A stretch of 64,000 nt of DNA from the human T2T-CHM13v2.0 reference genome, Homo sapiens: NCBI RefSeq assembly GCF_009914755.1, contig NC_060938.1, one strand, 5' to 3'. The notes beneath the pieces were generated by a model. The model was not told the origin of the DNA, ran no database searches, and saw only the letters and a program-made list of their open reading frames with translations. Shown piece by piece: positions 32,138-55,750 of this stretch. Position 1 is the first letter of the stretch. Each line of letters opens with the position of its first letter. A program made the position numbers and the translations under genes.

Positions 32138-32558
32138 CATGCAGGCTCTGTTTCCCATTAGCCATGCAGGCGAGGTCCTGCTGATCCCTGCCGGTCCCTG
32201 TGTTTCCCATTAGCCATGCAGGCGAGGTCCTGCTGATCCCTGCCGGTCCCTGTGTTTCCCATTAGCCATGCAGGCGAGGTCCTGCTGATCCCTGCCGGTC
32301 CCTGTGTTTCCCATTAGCCATGCAGGCGATGTCCTGCTGATCCCTGCCGGTCCCTGTGTTTCCCATTAGCCATTCAGGCGATGTCCTGCTGATCCCTGCT
32401 GGTCCCTGTGTTTCCCATTAGCCATGCAGGCGATGTCCTGCTGATCCCTGCCGGTCCCTGTGTTTCCCATTAGCCATGCAGGCGATGTCCTGCTGATCCC
32501 TGCTGGTCCCTGTGTAGCCATGCAGGTGATGTCCTGCTGATCCCTGCCGGTCCCTGTG
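32138..32558. repeat. Minisatellite, 52-bp unit, about 8 copies
   Basis: catgcaggcga(g/t)gtcctgctgatccctgccggtccctgtgtttcccattagc repeated. Confidence 0.95.
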
Positions 32559-34804
32559 AGCTCCTGCCCCAGGCTGCTCCGCCCACATCTCTCAGTCTGC
32601 ACCCCAGTGCCCCAGGCGGCTCCTCCCAGCCCCTCTCAGCACTGGTGCTTCTGTGTTTGACGTCCTTGCCCTGAATGCTGGCCTCTGCTCCCAGGCCCCT
32701 CCCTCACCTGTCCTCCCAGCCTTGGGCTGTCCCCTCCTGATCCCCGGGGAGAGGCTGGAGCAACCTTCCCCCACCCCAGGTCACACCAGCCACATCGTCT
32801 GCTGCTTGAAATCCCATCATCTGTTCTTCACTCTTGGCAGAAAAGCCCCACCCCTGGATGTAGTTCCAGTGCCCTGCCCCTGAGCCTGTGGCCCCCACCC
32901 CAAGGCTCCCTCGCCCTGCACCTGTGGCTTCCAAAGCCGAGGTCATCTGACTGCTCCTCGCTCTCCCCTCCAGCATCTCCTCCAGGCCCTCGGGGCATCC
33001 TTCCACCTTCCACTGGCAGCCTGGTCCCAGAACCTAGTTGGGTCCTCCCATGTGTCCCCGAGCACCAGGGCGGTTCATGGGCTCCCTGTGTCCTGCCACC
33101 TTTTGGGGCTGGTTCCCACCTGTGAGCGTTGCTGGCTTGTTGAGAGTATGAGCACGGGAGATTGCGGAGGCGGGACAGCCCCGAGGGCACAGACGGACAC
33201 AGGTGGCAGAGGTGGGGGGCTCTCACCAGCTGGGCTCAGGCAGCTGTGCCATGGGGGCTTGCTGGCTCCGAGACTGCACGCCTGAGACGGGGGTGAGGGC
33301 ATGGGTGCTGCCATAGGGACTGTCGTGAGAGTGGGGTGTCGGTGAGGCTGGCGCCATGCATTTGAGAGTAGTGCTCGGCGGTGGGGAAGGGTCCTTGAGG
33401 GCACAGGGTGGGGTGAGGCGGGCTGTTGGGCGGACTCGAGGCCAGGGCTGAGAGTGTGGTGGGAGAGGATGTGGGGGGCACCTGCCCAGGACCTCCAGGC
33501 TGTGGGGAGACCAGGAGGCGATGGCTGTGGGGACACAGGTGTCATCTCCCTTCAAATGGGTGCACACGCAGGGGGCAGGAGGGGCTGGGAGCAGCCTGGG
33601 CCCCTGCCACACCATAGCTCTGCCCTCACCTGGCACTCATTCTGTGTGAGCTGAGGCCCAGAGCCCTGGACTTACTCTGAGGCTGAGGAAGTGGAGTCCA
33701 AGGTGGCCCAGGGTAGGGGCCGGGCCTCATGGGTGCCAGGAGCTGGACGCCGGCGTGGGGTGGCTTAGGTCTGCAGGCTGACCAGCAGTTCTGGCTGGGA
33801 CCATCAGGAGTGACCGCAGCCCCAGGGCCTGCTGGGCACGCGCCTCTGCCTGCCACTTCTCAGGAAGCTTGAGCTGACTGCAGGTGGTCCCTCTCAGAGG
33901 CAGCTCCGCAGAGGCAGGTGTGCGGTGGGGGCAGACGTGGGGCCTTCTCCTGTGGTGTGGCTCTCAGAACTCACCCCAGCACCCGTAGAGGGAGTGTGTA
34001 GGGGTGGGCGTTCGTGTGGCCAGACCACCCTGGGGCTGCAGCCTGGGAGACGCAGGCATGCCAGCTGGTGGCCATTGTCTGAGGCTGGGGCCTGTGGGCT
34101 CCCCGACAAGACAGGAAGGTTGACAGACCCATGACCAGGCGAAGGGGTGACCTGGGAGTGCGGTGGTGGCTGAGGGAGCAGCCATGCTTCTTTGCACAGC
34201 CGGACTCCTCTTGTGGCCTCGCCACAAGCTGCACATGCCACTGGGGCCAGGTCCAGCCCAAGGGGACCTGTGAGGGGCGGGCGGCTCATGGTGGGACACA
34301 GGAAGACCTCAGGGTAAGGACAGCGCGGGAGCGTCACCCTGACCGTTTGCATGCTGGATTCCCTTTAGTTTCTCTCTATGAGTGTCTGCACAGCCACAGG
34401 CTGCTGATGACAGCCCAGTCAGGTGTGGGCTGCATATCAATGGGTGGCCCCGTGAGAATATGATGGCACTGGACACTTCCTATCTCCTGATGACATGGTA
34501 GCCATCGTAACACCATAGCACAGTTACTTTATTCCTGTGTGAACTCAGTGTGGCCCAGGTGTCCAGGGCCTGGTCACACACACGTCCATCCCTACACGGC
34601 GGTGCATGGCGACCTCCCAGGCCTTCGCATCCACACACACGTCCACCCCTACGCGGCGGTGCGTGGTGACCTCCCAGGCCTTCGCATTACTCACTCACCC
34701 ACCAGCTTGTCCAGAGCCACCTCCAGCCCCGCAGGCTCTGCCATCGTCAGTGCCCTATTCACAGGCACCACTTAATGTCTTTTATACTTTATTTTTACTG
34801 TGCT

Positions 34805-35432
<628 letters not shown>

Positions 35433-35560
35433 TACTTTTTCTGTGTTTAAATGTGTTTAGACACATAAATACTTACCATCTGTAACAATTGCCTACAGTA
35501 TTCAGTACAGTAACATGCTTTACAGGTCTGTGGCCTAGGAGCAGGAGGCTGTCTCTCATA

Positions 35561-39766
<4,206 letters not shown>

Positions 39767-39768
39767 CA

Positions 39769-40040
39769 GCCCGGGTGCGCGGTGGGCGGCGGCCTGCGGG
39801 TGTGGTGGGCGTCCCGGGTGCGCGGTGGGCGGCGGCCCGGGGGTGTGGTGGGCGGTGTCCCGGGTGCACGGTGGGCGTCCCGGGTGCGCGGTGGGCGGTG
39901 TCCCGGGTGCGCGGTGGGCGGTGTCCCGGGTGCGCGGTGGGCGGCGTCCCGGGTGCGCGGTGGGCGGCGTCCCGGGTGCGCGGTGGGTGGCGGCCCGGGT
40001 GCGCGGTGGGCGGTGGCCTGGGTGCGCGGTGGGCGGCACC
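39769..40040. repeat. CpG-rich minisatellite, about 23-bp unit, about 12 copies
   Basis: cccgggtgcgcggtgggcgg(c/t)g(t/g) repeated. Confidence 0.95.
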
Positions 40041-40189
40041 ATCCAGGCTTGCTGCGATGTTGGCAAGAGGACGAGGTCTCCTCACCATGCATGTCTCAGA
40101 ACATACCTCTGTCGTTACGTGGTGCATGACTGTTTTTGTAAAATTTTTATTGTAGTATTTGTACAATTAAGTGTGACATCCTGAGCAAT

Positions 40190-40500
40190 TTTCTTTTCTT
40201 TTTTTTTTTTTTTTTTTGAGACGGGGTCTTACTTTGCCACCCAGGCTGGAGTGCAGTGGTGTGATCTTGGCTCACTGCAGCCTCAAGCCCCTGGGCCCAA
40301 GCAGTCCTCCCACCTCAGTCCTCAAGTAGCTGGGACTACAGGTGCGCACCACCATGCCCAGCTAATTTTTTATACTTTTTGTAGAGATAAGAGTTTCGCC
40401 ATGTTGCCCAGGCTGGTCTCAAACTCCTGAGCTCAAGCCATCCACCTGCCTCAACCTCCCAAAGTGTTAGGATTACAGGCGTGAACCATTATGCCCGGCC
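40190..40500 (-). mobile_element. Alu (AluJ-like)
   Basis: Poly-T plus antisense Alu consensus. Confidence 0.92.
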
Positions 40501-41542
40501 TCAATTTTCCTAGTCACTAAAATCTATTTGAAAATGGAAGAGGGAGGAGCCTGTCAGGGTCAGGGGTGGAGGGAGCTGGGCCCTGGGGCCACCCTCCCTG
40601 GTGAGGCAGCTCCAGCCCTTTGCTGAGGATTGCAGAGCATCCACAGAGCATCTGCTGGACTAACCCGGGAGGGTGGTCTCAGGGTCAGCAGGGGCAGGAG
40701 TGGGAATGGCCACAGTCCAGGACAGTGACCTGCCGGCCAGCATCACCCCAGGGGAGTGCCCAGCTCAGGGGTGGCTGGCCCCTTGGCAGGAGGACGCACG
40801 CCCCAAGGAGCACTGTCAGGAGGAGAGGAACATGCAGCCTGGAGTGTCGGGGCCTGGGACTTCCAGGGCCTGCAGATATCAAAATAGTGTTCACATATAG
40901 GTCGACCACAGGCTGAGTGGAGCGGGGGCTAATCAACAACCCGCCCCTGGCCCGCTGCGGGCCCAGCAGAGCATTCCCACTACAGCCAGCTCCAGGGATC
41001 CCGGCAAAAGCATCTTTGATAAGAGGCCCCATTCCTTCCTGCCCTCCCACCTGAAGGAGGAAGCGAGCAGGGTTTTCTTAGGAGAAAAAGGGCCCAGACC
41101 CCTCTGAGCCCCGTGGAGGTTGGTATGAGCAGGTGCAGCACCACCTGAGCCCCACCTTGATTCCTCCGGGACCCCAGCCCGGCAGCCCCCTCCCCTCTGA
41201 GCTCATTTTACTGGGATCCCCAGCAAGGGCTCAGCATTTCTGACCGAGGGCTTCTGAGCTTCCAGGTTCTCACCCCTGTGTGACACTGAGACCCTGCCAC
41301 ATCAGATGCCACTCTGAGAAGGCGACTCAGGGTGCTGGGGGCCTGGACAACAGCAGCCTCCAAGTACGTGAAGCTGCGTGTGCCCCGGCGAGTTGTGGGC
41401 ACGAGGGCGTCAGCAGTGGGTGCGAGTGTTGGCAGAAGCTGCCAGCTGCCCTTCGTCATTTTCTGAAATGAAGATGAGGGCAAATGTAAACTTTTAAACA
41501 TTTTTTTACCTTGATTAATTGAAGAATTAGCAGCCCAAATCA

Positions 41543-41888
<346 letters not shown>

Positions 41889-42694
41889 CTAACATCTGGA
41901 TGTGAACCGATAGCCCCAAAAGGCGGCTTCTAGAGCACAGCTGGCCCCAAGGCTGTGAGTGTCTGAGAGTTGTCGTCATGGCGTGTGGTTCTGAGGCTGG
42001 CGTGGGGCACGGCGGGGCTGTGCCTGGGTACAGGTCGTGGCTGCAGGAGGGGCCGGGGCTTGTTCTGCAGCTCCGTGGTTTGAGTGCCTCACAACAGAGG
42101 AGCTGGACCTGGCCTGTGAGCCAGGCCTGGTGGGTGTCTCCTGCTGCTGGAGATTCCGGCCTGGCTGAGAGTGCTGGGCTCCTCCTTGGTCCCCCACAGA
42201 CACTGGTCCCTGGGCATTGGCTCCTGTGGGTTGGGCAGCCGGCTTCACACACTGCTTTGCTGCTGCTGAGCTCTTGGGTGGGTGGAGGGTGGAGGCAGGG
42301 TTGGAGCAGGGGGCCAGGATCTTCCTGGGTGGCACTGCATGGACAGCAGTCGTGCCTGAGATCAGGAGGGCCGCGGACACCCCTGTCTGTCCATCTCAGT
42401 CCCTCGTGACTGTGCCTGGCACTGGCCTCTCCAGCACAGCCCAGTGCCCTCTGCTTATGGCCCGTTCGTGAAAGCTCCCACGTGTTCCTCTCGTCTGTCC
42501 GCCTGGCTCCTGTGTCCTCCTCTCGTATCTGTCCCCTCTCCCCAGTGGCCACGTTTCCTGTCCACTGGATGCTCCCTGCCCTGTGGCTGCCCTGCTGAGG
42601 GTCCCCCTTGCTGTCACTGAGAGAGAAAGCCCTTCAGAAACCCCAGCCCACACATCAGGGCACCGGGGCTCCTTCCCGTCGTGCTGCTTTCTAG

Positions 42695-42973
<279 letters not shown>

Positions 42974-43576
42974 TAAGGAGTTGGGGGTCCGGAGCACGTG
43001 TCAGTTGCTCTCCTGTCTGGAAGCCACAGCAGAGGTGCGCGCTGTTGTAGGGTCCGGGCTGCCACAGGTCCCTGTTCTGCCCCCGTGGCTGCAGCTCCTT
43101 GGTCAAGAGGCCTGAGTCCTGAGTGTCCTCAAAAAGGAGGTGTGGGGTCGCACTGTGATGCCCTTGCTGGTCTGGGTGCAGGGCCCGCCATGGGCAGGTG
43201 CCACAGCTGCCGCCACCCCAGTGGGGTCACCAGGGCCTCCCCTACTCCTCAGGCGGGGGAGACCCAGTCGGTGCAAATCCAGGCTGAAATGCCAGCTGGC
43301 AGGAGGGGCCGTGGAGGCCGGAGCAGTTCATGTGGCCCCCTTTGCCCTCCCTGCCCCTCCCCACTTCCTGCCAACCCCGACCTGGACCGTTGCCAGTGGA
43401 CTTGGGGGACTCGGGGGCTCGGGGCCACGGCACCTGTGTCTGGAGCCCCTCTGTCCTGCATGGATCCACCTCCTCGCTGCCCCCACTCTGTGTCCAGGGA
43501 AGCCTGGGGGTGGTCACTGCCTGGTTTCCCGGGTGGAATCTCACGGCACCCTCCCTTCTGTCTGTTCATTCCGCAG

Positions 43577-43650
43577 ATAACTACTCCGAGGAGGAGTATG
43601 AGAGCTTCTCCTCCGAGCAGGAGGCCAGTGACGACGCCGTGCAGGGGCAG
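43577..43650 (+). CDS. PACS2: PACS2 exon 6 (74 nt; DNYSEEEYESFSSEQEASDDAVQGQ), acidic autoregulatory cluster with E209/E211
   Basis: cgcag|AT acceptor, CAG|gtgacc donor; cumulative CDS length puts GAG at 43615-43617 at codon 209, assuming the recalled 119-nt exon 1 CDS. Confidence 0.97.
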
Positions 43651-43745
43651 GTGACCTGGGGCCGGGGCTCCGCGCCCTCTCCTGGCTCACACCGGGTGTC
43701 CTGGGGTCTGTGGGGTCCTCACCAGCTGTCACCAGGGCCTCGTGA

Positions 43746-44135
<390 letters not shown>

Positions 44136-45343
44136 TGAGATCTCACCCCAGGTCACAGCAGCATGTCCCGTGGCAGACCCCCTGATTGCCAGTCTCCTGC
44201 CGGGTGCCACTGTCTCCCCTGCCTCGCCACATCTCCTGGCTTTAGCCTTGTGTGGCCGCTAGGCTCAGTGGGCCCTGAGCAAGGCTGGGAGGCTGCCTCG
44301 CTGCCAGGCTCACTCCATGTGCAGAAACTCCGGGAGGCCATCCTCCCTTTTGTCCCGTCAGGTGCCCACATACACCTGAGTGGGCTGGTTCCCCCATTTT
44401 TGTTTGGGATCTGGCCTACCTACCTCCACGGTCCCCAGGAGCTTGGCAGGGCTGTTCAGCATTTTTTCCCTGAGGAAAGCTCAGGCAGCTCTTTCCTCAG
44501 AGGCCGTGTCCGGCACTGGCACAGAGGGTCCACCGCCTGGCGCCTGGACACCCCAAGGACAGGCACGGTTCCAGGGAGGCCAGCGCAGGTGGGCGGGGAG
44601 CTCTGTGCCTGGTGCTGACAAGGGACATGGGCACAGCCCAGCCCGGACACCGCCGCCTCCTCTGGCAGCATTCAAGGGGGCGCTGTGGGCAGACGGTGCC
44701 AGGGACGGGCAAGCTGCTCCCAAAGTGGTGAAGCTGTGTCTTGCTGGCCTGGAGAGCAGCCCCCGCTGTGCAGAACACCAGCTTGAGCCTCCATTCCAGG
44801 GCCCCCTTGGGCCCAACTGTTGTGAAGGGAGGGCGTGGGCTGCCTTTGTAGGGTTGGTCCCCGAGAGGGTGGCTGAGGGTCCCGCTCACCCAGTGGCTGG
44901 AGCCGAGGTTCTGCAGTCCAGGGTGGCACGAGGCACCCACGGGGCTCAGGCTCTTGGAGCACGCCCCACCCCACACTCGCCCACCTGCCCACCCCACGTG
45001 GGTGCCCAGCACCTTCCTTCTGGGGTCGGCCAGGGCCTTTCCTGGGAGGGGGTGCTGAGGGAAGGGCCCCGTGAGCCTGGGAAGGGCTGCAGAGGCTTCT
45101 GGAAGAACCATGGAGTCCGCACACGCCTCCCCGGGTCCCCCTTGGCCAGGAATGGAACTGTCAGACCTCAGGCCTGTTGGGAAGCCTCTGGGAGCCACGA
45201 GCGAATCCATCAGCGTGGCTGGTGCTGAGGCCTTGCTGCTCTCCCACGGCGGGCCTGGGTGCGGCCTGGGCCTGAGGAAGGGGCTCCAGCGGCGGGTCTG
45301 CAGCTCTGGCGGCGGCTCTGACTCTGCACCGCCTGTCTTGCAG

Positions 45344-45403
45344 CAACAGAACTTCAAGCAGAAAGTGGTAGCGCTGCTGCGGAGGTTCAAAGTGTCCGAC
45401 GAG
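45344..45403 (+). CDS. PACS2: PACS2 exon 8 (60 nt; QQNFKQKVVALLRRFKVSDE)
   Basis: ttgcag|CAA acceptor, GAG|gtgagt donor. Confidence 0.97.
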
Positions 45404-45933
45404 GTGAGTGCGCCGCGCCTTCTGCTCGCGGCCCCCACGCCTGCAACAGCACCTGGTCGGGAGGAGGCCTCTGGGGTCTGTCTCCGGGCCACCTCTGGTT
45501 CTGCCGCTCACCGTCTGCACGGCCCCGCCAGCATCGCACAGTCTGCGAGGCGCAGTGACAGTGGCACTGCCTCCCGGGCTCCAGGTCACCCGCTGGGTCT
45601 CTGCTGAAGTACAAGTCGTGAATACACTGGAAGTCGGAAAGTCATTTTCAGGGGGATGTAACCATTAGTTTGTGTGTTTTTTTTTTTATAAATAGACTTT
45701 AGTTTTTAGAGCAGTTTTAGGTTTACAGCAAAATTGAGCAGAAAGTTCAGAGTTCCCATGGACCCCTCCCCACCTGACAGCCCCCCACTATTGACATGGG
45801 CCCCCCCTCCCCACCTGACAGCCCCCCACTACTGACATTCCATGGATTTTTAATGTTCATCTTTTAGCTTTTCTCTAATCTCTGAATTTTCTACAATGAG
45901 CTTGTATAATTTTCATACCGAAAAGAAAAACAT

Positions 45934-46342
<409 letters not shown>

Positions 46343-47249
46343 GTGAGCCACCGCGCCCAGCCTTTGTTGTTTCTTTAACGTCAGAAGAAAAACGTGCCTG
46401 GGTTCAGGACCTGAAGTGGAGAGGTGGCGTTTAAGCGTCTCAGCCTTGAAGCAGGGTTGTCACCCGTCGGCCTGAGAGCACACTGCCTGTAGATGGCGCT
46501 GTGTCCTAACATACTCGGGATGCATCCAGCTCAGCCCCTGGGGCACACACTCAGCGAGGCTGTCAGGTCCATGTGCCGAAACAGGTGCTTTGTGGCCCGG
46601 TGGGGCAGGCAGCATTTCTGGGAACAGCGTAACATCACCAACTGGCCGCAGAGGAAGGGCAGCTCCGCCACTGGGATGGTCATCGGGCCCCTGTGTCTTT
46701 TGGTTTGCATCTTGGATTGGAACATTCCCAAGTGCAGCTGAAGATGGGACTTAGCCAAGTCGGCTCCCTGGCCTGGGGCTTCCTTGAGCCCTGCTGAGCG
46801 CCTGTGGGTTCAGGGGTGGGTGTTCTTGGTTGAATCTTGACCGTGGGGTTCTGCACTCACCTGGGCAACTGAACTGAGTCCCAGAATGCATTTCACTTAC
46901 ACAGATTATGGTTCTGAGACTCACAACCCAAACTGTGAAAAGATGGGCCAACGTCACAGACGCTGTTCAGGGAGAGGACATCGTTTTCATAGGGATAATT
47001 GCACAGCGTTGTGTGAAATTCATGCAGGTCAACACAGTACTTTAATGGAGTGATGGGATCTCTTTCCGTATTTTCCACCCATCACTCCCTTTCCTGAAAA
47101 GACCAGACCATCTCCGCCACAGCTCTGAACCTGTGTCTTGGCCACTAGGAGTGCCACACCTGGCACTGCCCCCTGCCCAGGACTTCACAGCAACCCTCAG
47201 GGGGCAGGAGATGCACAGTGAGACGAGGTCACCGCCTGGATTACAGCCA

Positions 47250-47595
47250 TCTGAGATTGTTCATGCTGCTATAACAAAATACTTTAGACTGGGAAATTAA
47301 TAAACAACCAAAGTGTATTTCTCGCAGTTCCGGAGGCTGTGAGTCCAAGATCAAGGTGCCAGTAGACTCGGTGTCTTGAGGGCCCGTTTCCCATAGAGGG
47401 CACCTTCTGTGTGTTGTGTGGTGAGAGGGCCTGACAAGCTCCCTCAAGCCTCCCTCATCAGGGCCCTGAGCCTATTCAGCGGGCAGAGCTCTCGGGCCCT
47501 AACCACCTGTTAGAGGCCCCACTTCCTAATTCTAGCACCTTGGTGGTCAGGTTTCAGTGTAGGAATTTTGGGGGTACAAACGTTCACAGCCCCCA
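47250..47595 (-). mobile_element. MaLR solo LTR (MLT1A-like)
   Basis: gctgctataacaaaatac..agactggg, cagttc.ggaggctg.gagtccaagatcaaggtgccag, gaattttggggg. Confidence 0.8.
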
Positions 47596-47799
47596 GGCTG
47601 ACCACAGAGCACTGGCATCCAGGCTGCCCTGTGCCCAGGTGCCACACAGTGGGTCTGGTGAGGAGGAGAGCAGGGCTCTGCTTGGGACCCATCCTGTGAG
47701 GAGGAACCAGAGTGAAGTCTGTTCCTTACAGCCCTCAGCTTCAGCTCACAGCGAAAGCGTCCGCTGAGGGCTGCCTTCTGAATTTTTCATTGTAAAAGG

Positions 47800-51425
<3,626 letters not shown>

Positions 51426-51427
51426 GA

Positions 51428-51735
51428 ATAAAGGAAAGAGGTTTAGTTGACTCACAGTTCAGCATGGCTGGGGAGGCCTCAGGAAGCTGCCAATCATGGC
51501 AGAAGGGGAAGCAGGCACCTTCTTTATGGGGCAGCAGGTCGGAGTGGGTGCCTGCAGGGGAAATACAAGATGCTTATAAAACCATCAGATCTCTTAAGAT
51601 GTGCTCATTATCATGAGAACAGCGTGGAGGAAACCACCCCCAGGATCCAGTTACCTCCACTTGTCCTGCCCTTGGCACGTGGGGCTTATGGGGATTACAA
51701 TTCAAGGTGAGACTTGGGTGGGGACACAGTGGAAC
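51428..51735 (-). mobile_element. MaLR LTR fragment (THE1/MST family)
   Basis: aaaggaaagaggttta.ttgactcacagttc.gcatggctggggaggcctcagga; aaaccatcagatctc; acaattcaag.tgaga.ttgggtggggacacag. Confidence 0.85.
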
Positions 51736-51817
51736 ATGAAGTGTGCCACGCTGGGTGGATGACGCCCTCCTCCCCCCGCCACCGAGAGCTGCAGGCCACA
51801 TGATTCCTTTTGGGTAG

Positions 51818-52429
<612 letters not shown>

Positions 52430-53914
52430 TGAGCCCTACAGGGCGGGGCGGGGAGGAACAGCCATTTCAGATGCCCCGGCCACTCTGCGACCACTCTGGC
52501 AGACCCATGTCCAGCCCTGGAGACGGGGTGGGCAGGGCCAGCTGCCTCGAAGCCTGGGAAGGCTCTGGTGGCTGGAAGGAGGGGTGTGCGGCTGCCTGGC
52601 AGGCCCAGGCTACGGCTGCACTGAGCCAGGCAGCTTTCCTTTCATAGGCCAGGGGGTGCAAGCTCTGGGCTGGGGAGGACCGAGAGGGGTCCCCCAGGGT
52701 GCTGGCTGGGCTGGGTGTGGCACCCCGTTGTAGGGGATCCGTCTCTGGGGGATGCCCTGGGAACTGCAGGGGACCTCCGTTCACTCAGGTGGGGAGTAGA
52801 GCTCCCATGCTGGGTGCCCCTCCCTGAGGAGGAGGAGGCAGAGGCAGGTGGGGAGGGGGAGGGCAGGTGTCTCTGTGGCTGGATGGGAGGAGGGGCTGGC
52901 TGGGGTGGCCTGGCCTGGGCAGGAGGAGAGGATGCAGGGCAGGCAGCTCTGTGCATGGGTCTGGGTATGGAGGCCTCGGTCAGCTGGGGGCAGGAAGGCA
53001 AGCACACCAGGCAGAAGGCAGGTGCCAGCCTCTGGGCAGCTGCTGAGGAGCCAGAGGCCCCAGTCAGAGTCAGGAAGCTTGGTAGACCTTTTGCTCTCAC
53101 ACTTTTTTAACCTAAACAACACGAAGAAGGTGGCCTTGCTGCATGTTGGAGGCGCGGCCCCAGTTAGCCCTGCAGCCACGCAGCGGCCTCCCACCTCACC
53201 TGCCCCGGCCTGGCAGCCCCAGCCCAACTTGCTGCTCCTTCAGTTGCCAGCAGCCACCATAACAGGTGACCGCGGATGTGGCCACCAGAAACAGCCTCTG
53301 TTCCTCCTGTTCTGGAGATTGCCATCCCGAGGCTGTGGCCTCATTCTTGGCCAGGGTCTCGCTGGGCTCGGGTGGAGGTATTGGTGGCTGCCCTGACTGG
53401 GGCTCCGAGGTCATGCAGTGCAGGCCCAGCGTGGTGGTTGGTGGAGTTCAGCTCCGTGTGGCTGCGGGATGGGGGTCTGGCTGCCCTGCCGCCTGGTGGC
53501 CGTTGGTCATTCTTGCCTTCTGGCAACCGTCCTCGTACCCTGGCCCAGGGTCCCTCCTCCACCTTCGGAACCAGCAAGGCCCAGTGAAGTCCCCCTCACA
53601 CTTTGGGCCTCCCTGGCCTTCCTGCCTCATCTCTTCTGCCTTCAGCCGGAGAAAGTTTTCTGTCTTTAACGGCTCACGTGATTCCATAGGAGACATCTTT
53701 GTGGCCCAGATCCTCTCCCATCTTAAACTCCGTGGTGTTGGCTGTATCTGCAGAGCCCTGGCCAGCTAGCATTCATAGTTTGAGGAGAGGCGTGTGCGTC
53801 TCGGGGCTATGATCTTGAATGGGCACACACAGCAGCAAGTTTCCACGTGGGTTTGTCACCCAGGGTGGAGCAGCAGACACTGCTAAGTCCCGTCTGTTTT
53901 TTTAGGGGGCGGGG

Positions 53915-54208
53915 GAGTTGTTTGTTTCTTGAGATAAGGCCTTGCTCTGTCAGCCAGGCTAGAGTGTAGTTGTGCAGTCGTGGCTCACTGCAGCCTCAAC
54001 CACCTGGGCCCAAGCGGTTCTCCCACCTCAGCCTCCTCAGTAGCTGAGACCAATGGCGTGCGCCACCACACCCAGCTAATTTTTATATTTTTGTAGAGAC
54101 AGGGTCTCCCTATGTTTCCCAGGCTGGTCTCGAACTGAGCTCAAGCGAACCACCTGCCTTGGCCACCCAAAGTGCTGACACTACAGGTGTGAGCCAGTGC
54201 ACCTGGCC
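53915..54208 (-). mobile_element. Alu (AluJ-like)
   Basis: Antisense Alu consensus. Confidence 0.9.
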
Positions 54209-54319
54209 TCCTGTCAAATTTTTTTCACTTGAAAGGTCTTTTAAGTCTTATTGAATCTGTAGGTCTCCCTTCCTCCTTTTTCTTCGTACATATTATATCA
54301 ACCAGGGATGAGACATTCG

Positions 54320-54790
54320 GCCTGGATGGCCTGGATCGGCCAGATGGTCTGCAAGGGTCTGGTTTGTCTGGAAAGGCATGGGTGGCCTGGATCAGCCTGG
54401 ATCAGCCTGGGTGGTCTGGAAAGGCATGGATGGCCTGGATCTGCCTGAGTGGTCCGGAAAGGCATGGGTGGCCTGGATCAGCCTGGATCAGCCTGGGTGG
54501 TCCGGAAAGGCATGGATGGTCTGGATAGGCCTGGATGGTCGGGAAGGGCCTGGGTGGTCCGGAAAGGCATGGATGGCCTGGATCTGCCTGAGTGGTCTGG
54601 AAAGGCCTGGATGGTCTGGATTTGCCTGAGTGGTCTGGAAAGGCATGGGTGGCCTGCATCAGTGTGGATAGTGTGGAAAGGCCTGGGTGGTCCGGAAAGG
54701 CCTGGATAGTCTGGATAGGCCTGGATGGTTTGGAAGGACCTGGATGGGCCTGGGTGGTCTGATCTGCCTGGTGGGTCCGGAAGGGCCTGC
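54320..54790. repeat. Degenerate tandem repeat with about 10-bp periodicity
   Basis: cctggatggt / ccggaaaggc / atgggtggc / ctggatcagc variants in tandem. Confidence 0.85.
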
Positions 54791-55236
54791 TTCATCTGAT
54801 GTGCCCTTGTTGTTTTGTCGAGCATGTTCACCTGTTTGCTGCAGGCTGGCTGCAGATCCCAGGGCTGCCCTCCAGCAGGATTGGCCAGTGGAGCTCTCCC
54901 CAGAGCCCCTTCGTGTTTGTGGCAGCCTTGCCTGGAGCTAAGGCTGCGAGTTTCAGGGGTGTGTGTTTCCTGCAGCTGATGTCAGGGCAGGTGGAAGAAC
55001 CAGGACGGGGCAGCCAGGTTGGCCCAGCGCTTAGTGTTGCCAGCTCCAGAATCATTCTGTGCCCTGTGCTGCAGCTGGTGCGAGCGGGGTGTGCGCTGAC
55101 ACGGGCTCTTCTCTGGACCCAGCTCTGCTCTGCCGTTGGATTCTGCAGTCTGTCCCTCCAGGTGTGGTGGGAGAACTGCGCTTTCAGTGCAAGAAGGGTC
55201 CTGGAAATTAACGTGTCCCCCACCCCTGTTCCCTGA

Positions 55237-55750
<514 letters not shown>

